Assembly: GCA_965263035.1 (NCBI GenBank)
Contig: OZ253580.1
Span: 352,001-416,000 of the forward strand
Direction of reading: 5' to 3'
DNA from: Acidobacteriota bacterium
GTDB taxonomy: Bacteria > Acidobacteriota > UBA6911 > RPQK01 > JAJDTT01
DNA: 64,000 nt
A model generated the notes under the pieces. The model saw only the letters and a program-made list of their open reading frames with translations, ran no database searches and was not told where the DNA came from. Position numbers and translations under genes: made by a program. Of the stretch, positions 28,403 through 39,311 are shown in pieces (the stretch's first letter is position 1; the number at the start of each line of letters is the position of its first letter).

Positions 28403-29536
28403 TCAACCCGAAGCTCCGGCCGCGCCCGGGTCCGACGCGAAGACGATCACTCCCCTCGCCACTCGGCCCGTCTCCATGTCCTCGAAGGCCTGGGGCAACT
28501 GCTCCAGGGTATAACGCCGGGTAATCAACTCGTCCAGTTGGAGCCGTCCCGCCCGGTACAGTTCGATCAACCTGGGCAGATCCAGGCGCGGCCGGACCGA
28601 GCCCACGAAGGAGCCCAGGAGCCGCTTGTTCTGCAAGACCAGGGTGGCGGAAGAAATGGGGACCTCCTCCTTGAAGCCGTACAACCCGACGATAGTGGCA
28701 GTGCCTCCCGGACGGGCAGCCTCCAGGGCCTGGGGAACGGTCCGCGGCGAGCCGACGCTGTCGAACACGTACTCGGCCCCGCCTCCGGTGATCTGGCGCA
28801 GGCGCTCCAGGGCGTCCTCACTTCCCGCGTCGATGGTGTGGGTGGCGCCCATTTGGCGGGCGAACTGCAGCTTGCGGTCCACCAGGTCCAGGGCCACGAT
28901 AGGGTTGCACCCGGCCAGACGGCAACCCTGGACGATGCACAGGCCCACGCCGCCGCAGCCGATGACAGCCGCCGGCAGGCCGGGCCGGGCCCGGGCCGTG
29001 TTGATGACGGCACCGACTCCGGTGGCCGCCGCGCACCCGGCCACCGCCGCCGCCTCGAAAGGGACGTCGTCGGGAAAGGGAACGGCGCTGGCCTCGTCGA
29101 TGACGGCATATTCCGACATGGTGGCCGCTCCCACCATGTGCTTGAGCATGGTCCCATCCAGCGTGCTCAGGCGGGACGTCCCATCCAGCATCATGGCCTT
29201 GAAGGTGGTCTCAGGCAGACGTTCGCACAGATTGTGGCGGCCGCTCAGACAGGTGGGACACCTCTCACAGGCCGGCAGCCAGTTCACCATGACCCGGTCG
29301 CCCGCCCGAACCGACTGGACCCGGCTGCCCACCGCCTCCACCACTCCGGCTCCCTCGTGTCCGATGACCAGGGGAGGAGTGGCCCGGAGTTCCCCCTTGT
29401 AGGTGTGGAGGTCGGAGTGGCAGACCCCCGCGGCCCGCATCCGGATCAGGACCTCGGTGGGCTGCGGCGGCGCCAGCTCCACTTCCCCGATCTCCAGGCG
29501 GCCCGCCTGAAGCGAATACGCGGCCTTGGTCCTCAT
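28403..29536 (-). CDS. Zn-dependent alcohol dehydrogenase
   Basis: GVCHSD, GHEGAG, C..C..C.......C, GCGGVG. Confidence 0.92.
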   Translation of the reverse strand: MRTKAAYSLQAGRLEIGEVELAPPQPTEVLIRMRAAGVCHSDLHTYKGELRATPPLVIGHEGAGVVEAVGSRVQSVRAGDRVMVNWLPACERCPTCLSGRHNLCERLPETTFKAMMLDGTSRLSTLDGTMLKHMVGAATMSEYAVIDEASAVPFPDDVPFEAAAVAGCAAATGVGAVINTARARPGLPAAVIGCGGVGLCIVQGCRLAGCNPIVALDLVDRKLQFARQMGATHTIDAGSEDALERLRQITGGGAEYVFDSVGSPRTVPQALEAARPGGTATIVGLYGFKEEVPISSATLVLQNKRLLGSFVGSVRPRLDLPRLIELYRAGRLQLDELITRRYTLEQLPQAFEDMETGRVARGVIVFASDPGAAGASG

Positions 29537-31608
29537 GGGCGGCTTCCTCCCCCAGCCTCTCCGGCGCCGGCGCGATACTTCTCGAACCAGGCCAGGATAT
29601 AGCTGACCTTGGCGACCATATGGCTGGGACGCTGGGCGATGCCGTGGGACGCCCCGGGAATCCGCACCATGGCCGTGTCCACCTTCCGCAGCTTGAGGGC
29701 CTGATAGTACTGTTCCGTCTCCGAGATGGGTGTCCGCAGGTCCGACTCTCCGGTGAGCAGCATGGTGGGCGTCGTGACGTTTCCCACCAGGGAGAGCGGC
29801 GAATACTTCCAATAGGTTTCGAATCCCTCCCACACCGGAGCCGGCATCCAATACTTGCTGAAGGTGACATAGATGTCGCTGGTTCCGCTGATGCTGATCC
29901 AGTTGATGACCGGTTTGGAGGCCACCGCCGCCCGGAAACGGCCGGTTTTACCCACGATCCAGGCGGTGAGCACGCCTCCTCCCGATCCGCCGGTGACGAA
30001 CAGGTTGTTCGGATCGACGTAGCCCTTCTCCAGCACGAAGTCCACGCCCGCAATCAGATCGTCGTAGTCCTGGCTCGGATAGTTCTGGTGGATGAGGTTG
30101 GCGAACTGGGCGCCGTAACCGGTGCTGCCGCGGGGATTCGTATAGAGCACGACGTACCCTGCCGAGGCCATCAGCTGGAGCTCGGCACTGAAGTAGGGCC
30201 CGTAGTAGGCGTAGGGACCTCCATGGATCTCCAGGATCAGAGGATACTTCCGAGACGGGTCGAAGTCGGGCGGCCTGATGATCCAGCCATCGATGCGACG
30301 GCCATCCGCCGAGGACGAATAGGTGACCTGTTCCACCGGGCCAAGCGCCTTGTGGACCAGCAGGTCTTCGTTCAAACGGGTCAGGCGGCGGGCTCGACCC
30401 GTGGCTGGGGCGAAACCCACGTCCGGTGGTCTCTGGGTCGATGCGGCCGTGTAGACAATCCCCTCCTTTCCGGCGCGAAAGGCTCCTGCTCCATAGGGCC
30501 GCCCCAGGGAGAGGCCGCCCAGGTTCGTGACCACCGTCTCGATCTCGCCGTCGAGGCTGACCAGCGCCACCCGAGTCGAGCCCTGGTGGCCGTATTGGAC
30601 ATAGATGCTCTTGCCGTCGGGATGCCACTGGGGACTGGAGACGGAACGGTCCAGGTCCCGAGTCAGTGCCCGCGGCCGTCCGCCATCCCGGTCCATGACG
30701 TAGAGGACGCTGTTGGCGTAGCTCAATCCCTGGTCGTCATACCCGGTGTAGGCGATGATCTTGCCATCCGGCGAAACGGCCGGGTCCGAGTCGGGTCCCT
30801 TTCTCCGGGTCAAGGTCCGGATCTGACCCGTGACGGACACTTCATGGATCTCCGACTCCCGAGGCTCATACTCCCAATTCGGGGAGCGATTGGAGCTGAT
30901 CAGGATGCCGGTGCTCTCGGGCAGCCAGACCGGTGGACCCGAATTGTATTCCCCTCGCGTGAGCTGCCGGGGTGTGCCTCCGTCCTCATTCAGGAGAAAG
31001 AGCTGGACATTCCCCTCCTCCACCAGGCCTTGGCCGTCCCGGCGGTATTGCACACTTTGGATTTCCCGGGGCAGAGGGGCCCATTTGGCGCCCTCCGGCG
31101 GGGACGGCAGCTGCACCATGGGTTGCCGTTTACCGGGAACGAATTGGGTGAACGCGATCCACTTCCCATCCGGGGACCAGGCCGGGTTCGAAGGCGCCCG
31201 CGTCAGATGGGTGAGCCGGGAGGTCTGCCGCGTGTCCATCCACATCACGTAGAGTTGCGGACTCCCTTCGGCATCGGAGATGTAGAGAAGCCGCCGCCCG
31301 TCCGACGAGAGGCGGGGAGAGGAATATCGGGCCCCTCCGGCGAGAAGCGGGCGATGACCGCTTCCGTCCAGATCGATGGTCCAGACGCTGCTCCGGCGCC
31401 GGTCCGTCATCAGGTCCATGGAGTTGCGCATGTAGATCACGCGACCACCGTCCGGCGTGAAACGCGGATCGGAAGCCCATTCCAACTCGAAGACGTCCTG
31501 GGGCTCGAATCGCTCCAGTTCCCGGGCCAGGAGCCGCACCTGGAGGGACGAGGCAAACCAGACCGTCAGGGTGGCAATAAGAAATAAGAAGGATCGACGC
31601 ATCACCAT
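29533..31608 (-). CDS. S9-family peptidase (acylaminoacyl peptidase-like)
   Basis: Beta-propeller repeats; HGGP, GGSGGG nucleophile, DLRTP, SHG. Confidence 0.92.
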   Translation of the reverse strand: MVMRRSFLFLIATLTVWFASSLQVRLLARELERFEPQDVFELEWASDPRFTPDGGRVIYMRNSMDLMTDRRRSSVWTIDLDGSGHRPLLAGGARYSSPRLSSDGRRLLYISDAEGSPQLYVMWMDTRQTSRLTHLTRAPSNPAWSPDGKWIAFTQFVPGKRQPMVQLPSPPEGAKWAPLPREIQSVQYRRDGQGLVEEGNVQLFLLNEDGGTPRQLTRGEYNSGPPVWLPESTGILISSNRSPNWEYEPRESEIHEVSVTGQIRTLTRRKGPDSDPAVSPDGKIIAYTGYDDQGLSYANSVLYVMDRDGGRPRALTRDLDRSVSSPQWHPDGKSIYVQYGHQGSTRVALVSLDGEIETVVTNLGGLSLGRPYGAGAFRAGKEGIVYTAASTQRPPDVGFAPATGRARRLTRLNEDLLVHKALGPVEQVTYSSSADGRRIDGWIIRPPDFDPSRKYPLILEIHGGPYAYYGPYFSAELQLMASAGYVVLYTNPRGSTGYGAQFANLIHQNYPSQDYDDLIAGVDFVLEKGYVDPNNLFVTGGSGGGVLTAWIVGKTGRFRAAVASKPVINWISISGTSDIYVTFSKYWMPAPVWEGFETYWKYSPLSLVGNVTTPTMLLTGESDLRTPISETEQYYQALKLRKVDTAMVRIPGASHGIAQRPSHMVAKVSYILAWFEKYRAGAGEAGGGSRP

Positions 31609-31927
31609 GACCCCATCCACATCGGCGCTACTCGGCACCTCTCGATGAACCGCTAACATTCTGCGCTTCGACTTCGGACTCCACAAGAGCCGGAGAGGAA
31701 AGAGAAACGAGGAGAGAGGACAGAGATAAGAAGCCGGTGTTGGTCGACTACGGGGCAGGTCGGTCGGTTTTGAAGTATGTGGCTCGGGCGTCCCTGACAA
31801 GCTACGTTGTTGGTTCTCTCCACCACCGTACAATCGCCACCTTCTTCACTCTTTTTCCTCTTTCCCCTTTCCTCTTTCCTGCTTTCCCTCCGTTGCCGGC
31901 TTCCGGGGCTTGGTGTAACTTGTGCCC

Positions 31928-32980
31928 ATGATTCGTACAATCGAATGGACCGACGAGGGCGTGGTCATGATCGACCAGCGCCTGCTTCCGACCCAGGAGA
32001 TCTACAACACCTACACCACCGTCGACGGGGTGGCCGAGGCCATCCGGAGCATGGTGATCCGGGGAGCCCCCGCCATCGGCGTGGCCACCGCCATGGGTTT
32101 GGCGCTGGGGGTGAAGAACCTGACGTCCGAGGAGGACCTGGAATCGGAATGGCACGGGATTTGCGAAACCATCCGGGTGACCCGGCCCACCGCCAGGAAC
32201 CTGTTCTGGGCCATTGAACGGATGGACCGGGTGTTCCGGGCCCACTGCGGTTCCCTGGCCGAAGTTCAGGACGCCCTGGCTAGGGAAGCCCAAGAGATGC
32301 ACCGGGAGGACATCGAGACCAACCGGCGCATCGGCCGGCACGGACAGCAGTTGCTCTCGCAAGGCTCGACGGTGCTGACCCACTGCAATGCCGGCGCCCT
32401 GGCCACGGCCGGATACGGAACGGCGCTGGGGGTCATCCGCGCGGCAGTCGAGGCGGGTAAGGGCATCCAGGTCTTCGCCGACGAGACCCGGCCTTTTCTG
32501 CAAGGGGCGCGCCTCACCTCCTGGGAGATGGTCCGGGAAAACATCCCCTGTACGCTCATCACCGACAACATGGCCGGGTACTTCATGCAATCGGGAAGGA
32601 TCCAGGCCGTGGTGGTGGGCGCCGACCGGATCGCCGCCAATGGCGACACGGCCAACAAAATCGGCACCTACAGCGTGGCCGTGTTGGCCAGAGAGCACGG
32701 GATCCCCTTCTACGTGGCGGCCCCCCTCTCCACCATCGATATGGGCACACCCACAGGCGCCCAGATCCCCATCGAGCAGCGGGACGTGGCCGAGATCACG
32801 CGGATGGCCGGACAGGATCTGGCTCCCAAGAGGGTCCAGGTCGCCAATCCCGCCTTCGACGTGACCCCCAACCGGCTGGTCGACGGCATCATCACCGAGG
32901 AGGGCGTGGCCCGTCCGCCTTACGGCGAGTCATTGGCCGGTTTCTACCGGAAGGCTGCTGGTGATCGTTCTGGGGATTGA
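31928..32980 (+). CDS. mtnA: Methylthioribose-1-phosphate isomerase
   Basis: [42 protein letters not shown]. Confidence 0.95.
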   Translation: MIRTIEWTDEGVVMIDQRLLPTQEIYNTYTTVDGVAEAIRSMVIRGAPAIGVATAMGLALGVKNLTSEEDLESEWHGICETIRVTRPTARNLFWAIERMDRVFRAHCGSLAEVQDALAREAQEMHREDIETNRRIGRHGQQLLSQGSTVLTHCNAGALATAGYGTALGVIRAAVEAGKGIQVFADETRPFLQGARLTSWEMVRENIPCTLITDNMAGYFMQSGRIQAVVVGADRIAANGDTANKIGTYSVAVLAREHGIPFYVAAPLSTIDMGTPTGAQIPIEQRDVAEITRMAGQDLAPKRVQVANPAFDVTPNRLVDGIITEEGVARPPYGESLAGFYRKAAGDRSGD

Positions 32981-34001
32981 GACCAGCTGCGACGAGACCG
33001 CGGCGGCCCTGGTCGAAGACGGACGACGGATCCTTTCCAGCGTGGTGGCCTCCCAAGTGGATGTCCACGCCGTCTACGGCGGCGTCGTCCCGGAGCTGGC
33101 CAGCCGGGAACACGCGTCCAACCTCAACACCATCGTCGATCTCTGCCTGGAACAGGCCTGGAAAGATGAAACGGCCTGGGATCGGGTGGACGGAATCGCC
33201 GTGACCCGGGGCCCGGGTCTGGTGGGAGCGTTGCTGGTCGGAATGGCCTACGCCAAGGCGCTGGCCTTCGCACTGGAGATTCCCATGGTGGGGGTCAACC
33301 ACCTGGAGGGGCATATCCGTTCCGTCTCTCTGGAGCACCCGGGCGCGGAGCTGCCGGCGCTGGCTCTGGTGGTGTCGGGCGGGCACACCAGCCTCTTTCT
33401 TCTGGACCATGAGAATTCCTGCCGGGAGATCTCCCGGACTCGCGACGACGCCGCCGGCGAAGCCCTCGACAAGCTCTCCAAGGCGCTGGGCCTAGGATAT
33501 CCCGGGGGTCCCGTCATCGATCGTCTGGCCCCGCTGGGGAACCCGAAGGCGGTGAGGTTTTCGCTCCCGAGAATCAAGAGCGGAGAGCTGGACTTCAGCT
33601 TCAGCGGAATCAAGACAGCCGCCTTGCGTCATTGCCGGTTGCACGGAATTCGACCCGTGGAGCCTGAATCGGCGAAGCATCCGGAACGGATGCCGGAGAA
33701 GGTGTTGGACCTGGTGGCCAGTTACCAGAAGTGCGTGGTGGATCAACTCCTGGACCGGATCGAGAAGGCCTGGAAACAACACGACGTGCGGTCCATTCAG
33801 ATTTCAGGCGGCGTCTCGGCCAACAGCGAACTCCGCCGCCGGGCAGCGGACCATTTCCGTGACCGGGCTCCCGTCTACTTTCCTTCCCTGCTTCTTTCCA
33901 CCGACAACGCGGCCATGATTGCCGCCACCGGACACCGGCGACTCGCCGCGGGAGAGAAGGATTCGTGGGACCTGACCGCCGAGCCAAACCTGCCCCTCTG
34001 A
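32961..34001 (+). CDS. tsaD: tRNA N6-adenosine threonylcarbamoyltransferase
   Basis: [40 protein letters not shown]. Confidence 0.95.
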   Translation: MIVLGIETSCDETAAALVEDGRRILSSVVASQVDVHAVYGGVVPELASREHASNLNTIVDLCLEQAWKDETAWDRVDGIAVTRGPGLVGALLVGMAYAKALAFALEIPMVGVNHLEGHIRSVSLEHPGAELPALALVVSGGHTSLFLLDHENSCREISRTRDDAAGEALDKLSKALGLGYPGGPVIDRLAPLGNPKAVRFSLPRIKSGELDFSFSGIKTAALRHCRLHGIRPVEPESAKHPERMPEKVLDLVASYQKCVVDQLLDRIEKAWKQHDVRSIQISGGVSANSELRRRAADHFRDRAPVYFPSLLLSTDNAAMIAATGHRRLAAGEKDSWDLTAEPNLPL

Positions 34002-34149
34002 TCCCTGTTTCTCCGTTGCGCCGCCTGCGAAGCGTTTTCGTGTTTTCGCTCCAACTGTCGTTTGGTTGACTGATGCACCTCTCCCAACGGGGAATCTTCG
34101 GATTCGCCTCCCCAAAGTCGCGGCCGAGGCCACATGACCGGAAAAGGCT

Positions 34150-34419
34150 ATGGACCAGGACTACCGAAACTTCGTTGAGCAGCTGACCGAAACCCGGCGC
34201 CATTTCGACGTGGTGGGCGAAGCCTTACGGGACGAGATCCAGATCGTGGCCGAAGGAGAGATGAACCTGGAAAAGGGCCTCGGGGGTATCCGTCAGGAAA
34301 TGACGGTGGAACTCTCTCAGGTCAAGGCCATGCTCCGGCTGTCCCACGCCGATCTGAAGCACCGCATCTCCTGTCTGGAAAGGACCGTGGAGGCGTTGAT
34401 CCGGGAATCGAACCTCTGA
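34150..34419 (+). CDS. Small coiled-coil hypothetical protein
   Basis: 89-aa helical ORF filling the intergenic space. Confidence 0.6.
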   Translation: MDQDYRNFVEQLTETRRHFDVVGEALRDEIQIVAEGEMNLEKGLGGIRQEMTVELSQVKAMLRLSHADLKHRISCLERTVEALIRESNL

Positions 34420-34494
34420 CGGGTCCGAAGTAGTCTTCCCTTCGAAGACCGGCGCGGTTGTTCTTGCCGGCCGGCAAGTGGAGTGAGACCAGTC

Positions 34495-36033
34495 CTACTC
34501 GGTGCCGATGGCGGCCAAGATGCCTTCCAATGCCTGGTTGACCTTGGACTTGCTGTGCGCCTCCAGGGAGTCGTCGTAGTCCGTGAGTCTGGCCAGAACC
34601 AGGTTGCGGGACGGAATCACCACCGTGCTCTGTCCACCGGCCCCGGCCGCGTAGTAGGCGTCCTCCGGAGCCGCCCAGTTCCTCTTGGTGTTGACCCACC
34701 ACATGCCGCCGTACCGGGACACGCTCTCGCCCCGGTTCTCCTCGTTCTTCCACGCCGGGGCCGGAGTCTGAACGAAGTCGACGAACTCCTCAGAAAGGAG
34801 GCGTTTGCCCTGCCACATCCCGCGCTGCAGATAGAGGAGACCGATGCGGGCCCAGTCCCGCGGCGTTCCGTGCTCGTAGCCGGACAAGACGAAGTTTCCG
34901 TAGGGGTCCGTGTCCAGGACCATGCGCCGGATCCCGATCTGGTCGAACAGCGCCCGCTGGGGGTAGGTCAGATACTCCTGGCCCTGTTCCTGGACGATCC
35001 GTTTGACGATGTAGCCCAAGGTCAGGGGATCGCAGTTGCGGTAGCGGCCCACCGTGTTGGGCGGGAACTGGAGGGGCCGGCTCACCACGTAGCGAAAGAC
35101 GTCGACGGCGCCTACATAGGGGTAGTAGTGATCCGGGTACTCGGGCCCCACCTCCGATCGCCCTTCGGGACTGGTCACCAGCCTCTCGTAGAGCGTGAAC
35201 TCGAGTCCGCTGGACATCCGCATCAGGTCGGCGATGGTGATCTTGGACCGTTCGTCGCCGGGCCCCTGCCATTCGGGGACCGGAGCCGGATCCTCCAGTT
35301 TCAGCAGGCCCTCCTGCTCGAGGCGGCCGATGAGCGTCCCGGTCAGGCTCTTCCCCTGGGACCAACTCTCCATCAACGTGTTCTTGGTGATGCCTTCGGC
35401 GTAGCGCTCGGCCACCAGCCGGCCCTTGTAGACGACGACCAGGCCGGCGGTTCGAGACGGCGGCTCGAAGGCCACCTCCACCGCCGCCTTCAGCTTCGCC
35501 CCGTCCACCTCGGGGGGCAGCGGATCTTCCGGCAGGAGATCCCCCATGGGCCAGGGCAGGGTATCCGCACCGGGCAGAGAGGTTCGAACGGGAACCGGGT
35601 CGAAATAGATGCCGTCGTGGTCCTCGGGATGAATGATGCAACCTTGGTCCCCATAGAGCTTGGCCGTCCGCGTGAGGGACCCACGCAGAGTGGCCCGCAC
35701 CAGACGGTTCTCATGGTCGATGGACTCAGTGACCTGCGCCATGTCCTCAGCCGGGAGACGCACCAATGCCCGCGTGACTCTTCGGCTGTGTTCGATCGCC
35801 ACGTCGTCTTCCATTTTCGAGACGAAGACCGACGAGCAGAGAAGCTTGGCGTAACCCGCCACGCCCAGGCTGCCGATATCCTGGTCCTTGGCTTCCGGGA
35901 TGGGTTTGGACGCGGGCTCGTCGCCGGGGCCGGCGCAGGAGGTGCCTGGAAACAAGCCAATCATCAGAACCAAAAGGAATGAACCAGCAGAGACGATGGA
36001 ACGACACGTGGAAGACAATTTCTCTTGAGACAT
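34495..36033 (-). CDS. Serine hydrolase (beta-lactamase/AmpC-like family)
   Basis: SQGK (SxxK), LMRMSSGL, YRN, AAGAGGQ. Confidence 0.85.
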   Translation of the reverse strand: MSQEKLSSTCRSIVSAGSFLLVLMIGLFPGTSCAGPGDEPASKPIPEAKDQDIGSLGVAGYAKLLCSSVFVSKMEDDVAIEHSRRVTRALVRLPAEDMAQVTESIDHENRLVRATLRGSLTRTAKLYGDQGCIIHPEDHDGIYFDPVPVRTSLPGADTLPWPMGDLLPEDPLPPEVDGAKLKAAVEVAFEPPSRTAGLVVVYKGRLVAERYAEGITKNTLMESWSQGKSLTGTLIGRLEQEGLLKLEDPAPVPEWQGPGDERSKITIADLMRMSSGLEFTLYERLVTSPEGRSEVGPEYPDHYYPYVGAVDVFRYVVSRPLQFPPNTVGRYRNCDPLTLGYIVKRIVQEQGQEYLTYPQRALFDQIGIRRMVLDTDPYGNFVLSGYEHGTPRDWARIGLLYLQRGMWQGKRLLSEEFVDFVQTPAPAWKNEENRGESVSRYGGMWWVNTKRNWAAPEDAYYAAGAGGQSTVVIPSRNLVLARLTDYDDSLEAHSKSKVNQALEGILAAIGTE

Positions 36034-36093
36034 GCGGCGTACTCTACTACGCCCCTGCGAAACAAGTCCCGCACACCCGAGAGGCCGGCCGAG

Positions 36094-37134
36094 TCACACG
36101 AAATCGGACGGCTGCAGATCCTGGGCGATGGGACGAAACGAGAACCAGCGCGCGACGGAATCCGCCGGCACTCGGCGCGAAACCTGTACCCACTCCCGCT
36201 TCCGGAGGAAGCGCTTCCTGAGCCTCCACACCTCCCGGAAGGCGCCCGACGAAGATCGCTCGCGCAGAAGCACGTACGCAATGATCCCCAGATCCCGAAT
36301 CCACATGTAAGGCAGACATCGGCGCCTGACCGCCGGGTCCAGGTTCTTGATCCTCATCAGGTAGCGGTTCTTGAGCGAATGGTAGTTGATGTGGGAGGCG
36401 AGACGAGCGCGTCGAGAGGGGAGGACCCGGCGCAGGTGCAGCCCCTGGGCAGCCGGCTCGTAGAGAGCCCGCCACCCCCGGAGTTGAGCCCTCCAGGCCA
36501 GGTCCGCGTCCTCCCGGTAGGCGAAGAAGTCCTCATCCAGGTATTCGTCCCGGTACCGGACGTCCTCCAGCATCTCCCGGGTGCAGAGGAGGGCGGCGCC
36601 GCTGATTCCGAACACCAGTTGGCGGCGATCGTACTGGCCCCGGTCCGGTTGCTGGCTGCCCCGGTCGAAGTGCCGCTGAGTCGGAGTGAAATAGATGCCG
36701 GTCGTGTCCAGCACCGGGTATCCACCTGCATGAACGGTCCGGCCCGCGGCGTCCATGCGATAGAGCTTCCCCCCCGCCATTCCCACGCGCTTCACGCCGG
36801 CCATGGAATCGATCAGCGTCTTCAGATACCCCTTGGAGAGAACAACGTCGGGATTCAGGATGAGGACGTGATCGAACCCCCCTTGGCGAAGGTGGAAATT
36901 GTGGCCGTGGCTGAATCCACGGTTCTGGCTGGAGCGGTGCAGCCGGGCCCCGTGGTTCAGCGCCACCCGGCAGCTGTCGTCATGGGAGGCATTGTCGTAG
37001 ACGCGGATCCGGACCGGAACCTCCTGCTCCCGCACCGAGCGCAGACAGGCATCCAGGTGCGCCTCGCTGTCGTAGGTGACGATGCTGACCAGGACGGGAA
37101 GACTGCCCATTTCGAAAATCACCTCTGACGCCAT
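36094..37134 (-). CDS. Glycosyltransferase family 2
   Basis: SIVTY, DNASHD, NRGF, LNPD, FFAYREDADL; start 37134 or 37110. Confidence 0.9.
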   Translation of the reverse strand: MASEVIFEMGSLPVLVSIVTYDSEAHLDACLRSVREQEVPVRIRVYDNASHDDSCRVALNHGARLHRSSQNRGFSHGHNFHLRQGGFDHVLILNPDVVLSKGYLKTLIDSMAGVKRVGMAGGKLYRMDAAGRTVHAGGYPVLDTTGIYFTPTQRHFDRGSQQPDRGQYDRRQLVFGISGAALLCTREMLEDVRYRDEYLDEDFFAYREDADLAWRAQLRGWRALYEPAAQGLHLRRVLPSRRARLASHINYHSLKNRYLMRIKNLDPAVRRRCLPYMWIRDLGIIAYVLLRERSSSGAFREVWRLRKRFLRKREWVQVSRRVPADSVARWFSFRPIAQDLQPSDFV

Positions 37135-38003
37135 CGGCCGATCACGCCACGCCGCACCAGGGCTCCCAGCCGAATCAGGGGCCGCAGGAGCGGATAGGCC
37201 AGCTTGTGGTGCTTGGCCAGATACCGGAGCATGTTGCGGGTGTAGATCTCCACGAAAGCGGCGTATCCCAACCGATCCAGGGAAGAGCCGCCCAGATGGG
37301 TCCCGACCCGGAGCTGGGGAAAATGAAGGATCTCCCAGCCGGCGTCCAGAAGCCTGCGGCAGAAGTCCACGTCCTCGAACCAGGCTGGATGGAACCGGCG
37401 GTCGAAACCGCCGACGGCTTCCCAGGCCCGGCGCCTCAGCATCCAGAAAGCGGCCGCCGGCTGTTCCACTTTCAGCGCCTGCACGGAGGAACCGTCCCCC
37501 GCAGGACCGGCACTGCCGGGATCTCTCCTGCGGTCCAGACCGGAGAACGCCAGCAGCTCGTCCAGGAAGACGGCGTCCCGGAGCAGGCTCCACGGATTGG
37601 GAAGAGGACGAATCTGGGGTGTCCTTGGGGAGAGGGAGAGAAGAGTCCCGGTGGCGATCCCGCAACGCGGCCATTCATCGACCTCGTGAAAGAGGGTTTC
37701 CACCGCCTCGGCATCAAGGGTCAGGTCGGGGTTCAACAGCAGGACCCAGGGCGTCGAGACCCGGGCGATTCCCCGGTTGGCCGCGCCGGCGAAGCCCAGA
37801 TTCTCCCCGGCCTCCACCAGTTCGACCCCGTCCCTTCCCCGGGCCGGACCGGCGCTGCCGTCCTGAGACGCATTGTCGACCACCACGACCTGGCCCATGC
37901 CGCTCCGGAGCGGCTCCAGAGATTCCAGCAGCTTCTCCAGGCAGGAACCGCTGTTCCAGTTGACGACGACGGCGCTCAGCCCCAAGCAGTCGGCCATGGG
38001 CAA
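37119..38003 (-). CDS. Glycosyltransferase family 2
   Basis: VVVNWN, DNASQD, NLGF, LNPD, FEDVDF. Confidence 0.9.
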   Translation of the reverse strand: MPMADCLGLSAVVVNWNSGSCLEKLLESLEPLRSGMGQVVVVDNASQDGSAGPARGRDGVELVEAGENLGFAGAANRGIARVSTPWVLLLNPDLTLDAEAVETLFHEVDEWPRCGIATGTLLSLSPRTPQIRPLPNPWSLLRDAVFLDELLAFSGLDRRRDPGSAGPAGDGSSVQALKVEQPAAAFWMLRRRAWEAVGGFDRRFHPAWFEDVDFCRRLLDAGWEILHFPQLRVGTHLGGSSLDRLGYAAFVEIYTRNMLRYLAKHHKLAYPLLRPLIRLGALVRRGVIGRWRQR

Positions 38004-38006
38004 TCA

Positions 38007-39311
38007 TCAGACCGACGGGCCGTCCCCGTCCCGAAAACGGCGGAACCTGGGCGTGACCGCCCAGCGCATCATGCCGTAGACCAGGTCCGGACTGGTCAAA
38101 TCCAGGATGTAGGCGTTGTCGATCCAATCCTCGATGGTGTGTTCCCAGATGTTCCCCCGGGCGACGGCTGTGGAAATGGAATAGCTGCCCGGCCGCAACT
38201 CGGGGATCCGGAACTGGAAGCTCGCCGACAGCACGTCTCCCGTCCGAGCCGGCGGCAGGTCCAGTCCCGCATAGGAGGTGTTGGAAGAGGTGATCTCCAC
38301 GCCCATGCGGTCCCGAACCGTGAAGCCGACGATGGGGTTCTCCAGATCCCTCAGGATCCGGACCGAGATCAGCAGGTGGACCTCCTCTCCGACCTGCGCT
38401 TGATTCAGGACCCGTCCGCCGGGAGAGTGGAGCAGGACCCCCATGATGCGGGCGCCCCCCTCGCCGTAGCGGTTGTGCACGTGAGGAACGGTGCGGACGA
38501 TCTGGAGGCGGTCATCCTCGCCGGCGCCGCTCCATTGGAGCCTGTCTCCCTCCTCTCCCGCTTGTCTCCGTGCGACCAGGGCCTGATACCGCTGGACCAC
38601 CCGTTCCGGCGAGCCGTCTTCCAGCATTCTCCCCCCTTCCAAAAGAATGGCCCGGTCGCAGAACTGGGTGATCGCCTGCAGATCGTGGCTGACGAAGAGA
38701 ATGGTCTTGCCCAGGCTGCTCAGATGACGGATTCGCTGGATGCAGCGGTGCTGGAATATGAGGTCGCCCACCGCCAGGGCCTCGTCCACCAGCAGGATAT
38801 CCGGGTCCACGTGGACGGCCACGGAGAAGGCCAGCCTCATGAACATCCCGGTGGAATAGACCTTGACCGGTTGGTCGATGAAATCGCCGATCCGGGCAAA
38901 CTCCAGAACGTCGTCCTGGCGTTCCTCCATCTGCCGCTTGTTGAATCCCATGACGGCGCCGGCCATGAGCATGTTCTCCCGGCCCGTGAACTCGGGGTTG
39001 AACCCGGAACCCAGCTCCAGCAGGGCGGAGACCGTGCCTCGGACCGCCAGGTCGCCTGCGGTCTGCCGGTGGATCCCGGCCAGTAGCTGCAGCAGCGTGC
39101 TCTTGCCCGATCCGTTCCGGCCCACGACGCCCAGAGTGGTCCCGGCGGCCACTTCCAGATCGATCTCCCTCAGGGCCCAGAATTCCCGGTGCAGGTGTTT
39201 CCGTTCTCCCAGGAACAGCTCCAGGAACTTGTGGCTGGGCCGTTCGTAGATCCGGTATTTCTTGGAAACGCGCCTCAGGCTGACGACCGGCGCCGGCAAC
39301 TCAGAGGGCAT
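38007..39311 (-). CDS. wzt: Polysaccharide ABC transporter ATPase with C-terminal carbohydrate-binding domain
   Basis: FWAL, GRNGSGKST, YSTGM, DEALAVGD; Wzt-C extension. Confidence 0.9.
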   Translation of the reverse strand: MPSELPAPVVSLRRVSKKYRIYERPSHKFLELFLGERKHLHREFWALREIDLEVAAGTTLGVVGRNGSGKSTLLQLLAGIHRQTAGDLAVRGTVSALLELGSGFNPEFTGRENMLMAGAVMGFNKRQMEERQDDVLEFARIGDFIDQPVKVYSTGMFMRLAFSVAVHVDPDILLVDEALAVGDLIFQHRCIQRIRHLSSLGKTILFVSHDLQAITQFCDRAILLEGGRMLEDGSPERVVQRYQALVARRQAGEEGDRLQWSGAGEDDRLQIVRTVPHVHNRYGEGGARIMGVLLHSPGGRVLNQAQVGEEVHLLISVRILRDLENPIVGFTVRDRMGVEITSSNTSYAGLDLPPARTGDVLSASFQFRIPELRPGSYSISTAVARGNIWEHTIEDWIDNAYILDLTSPDLVYGMMRWAVTPRFRRFRDGDGPSV

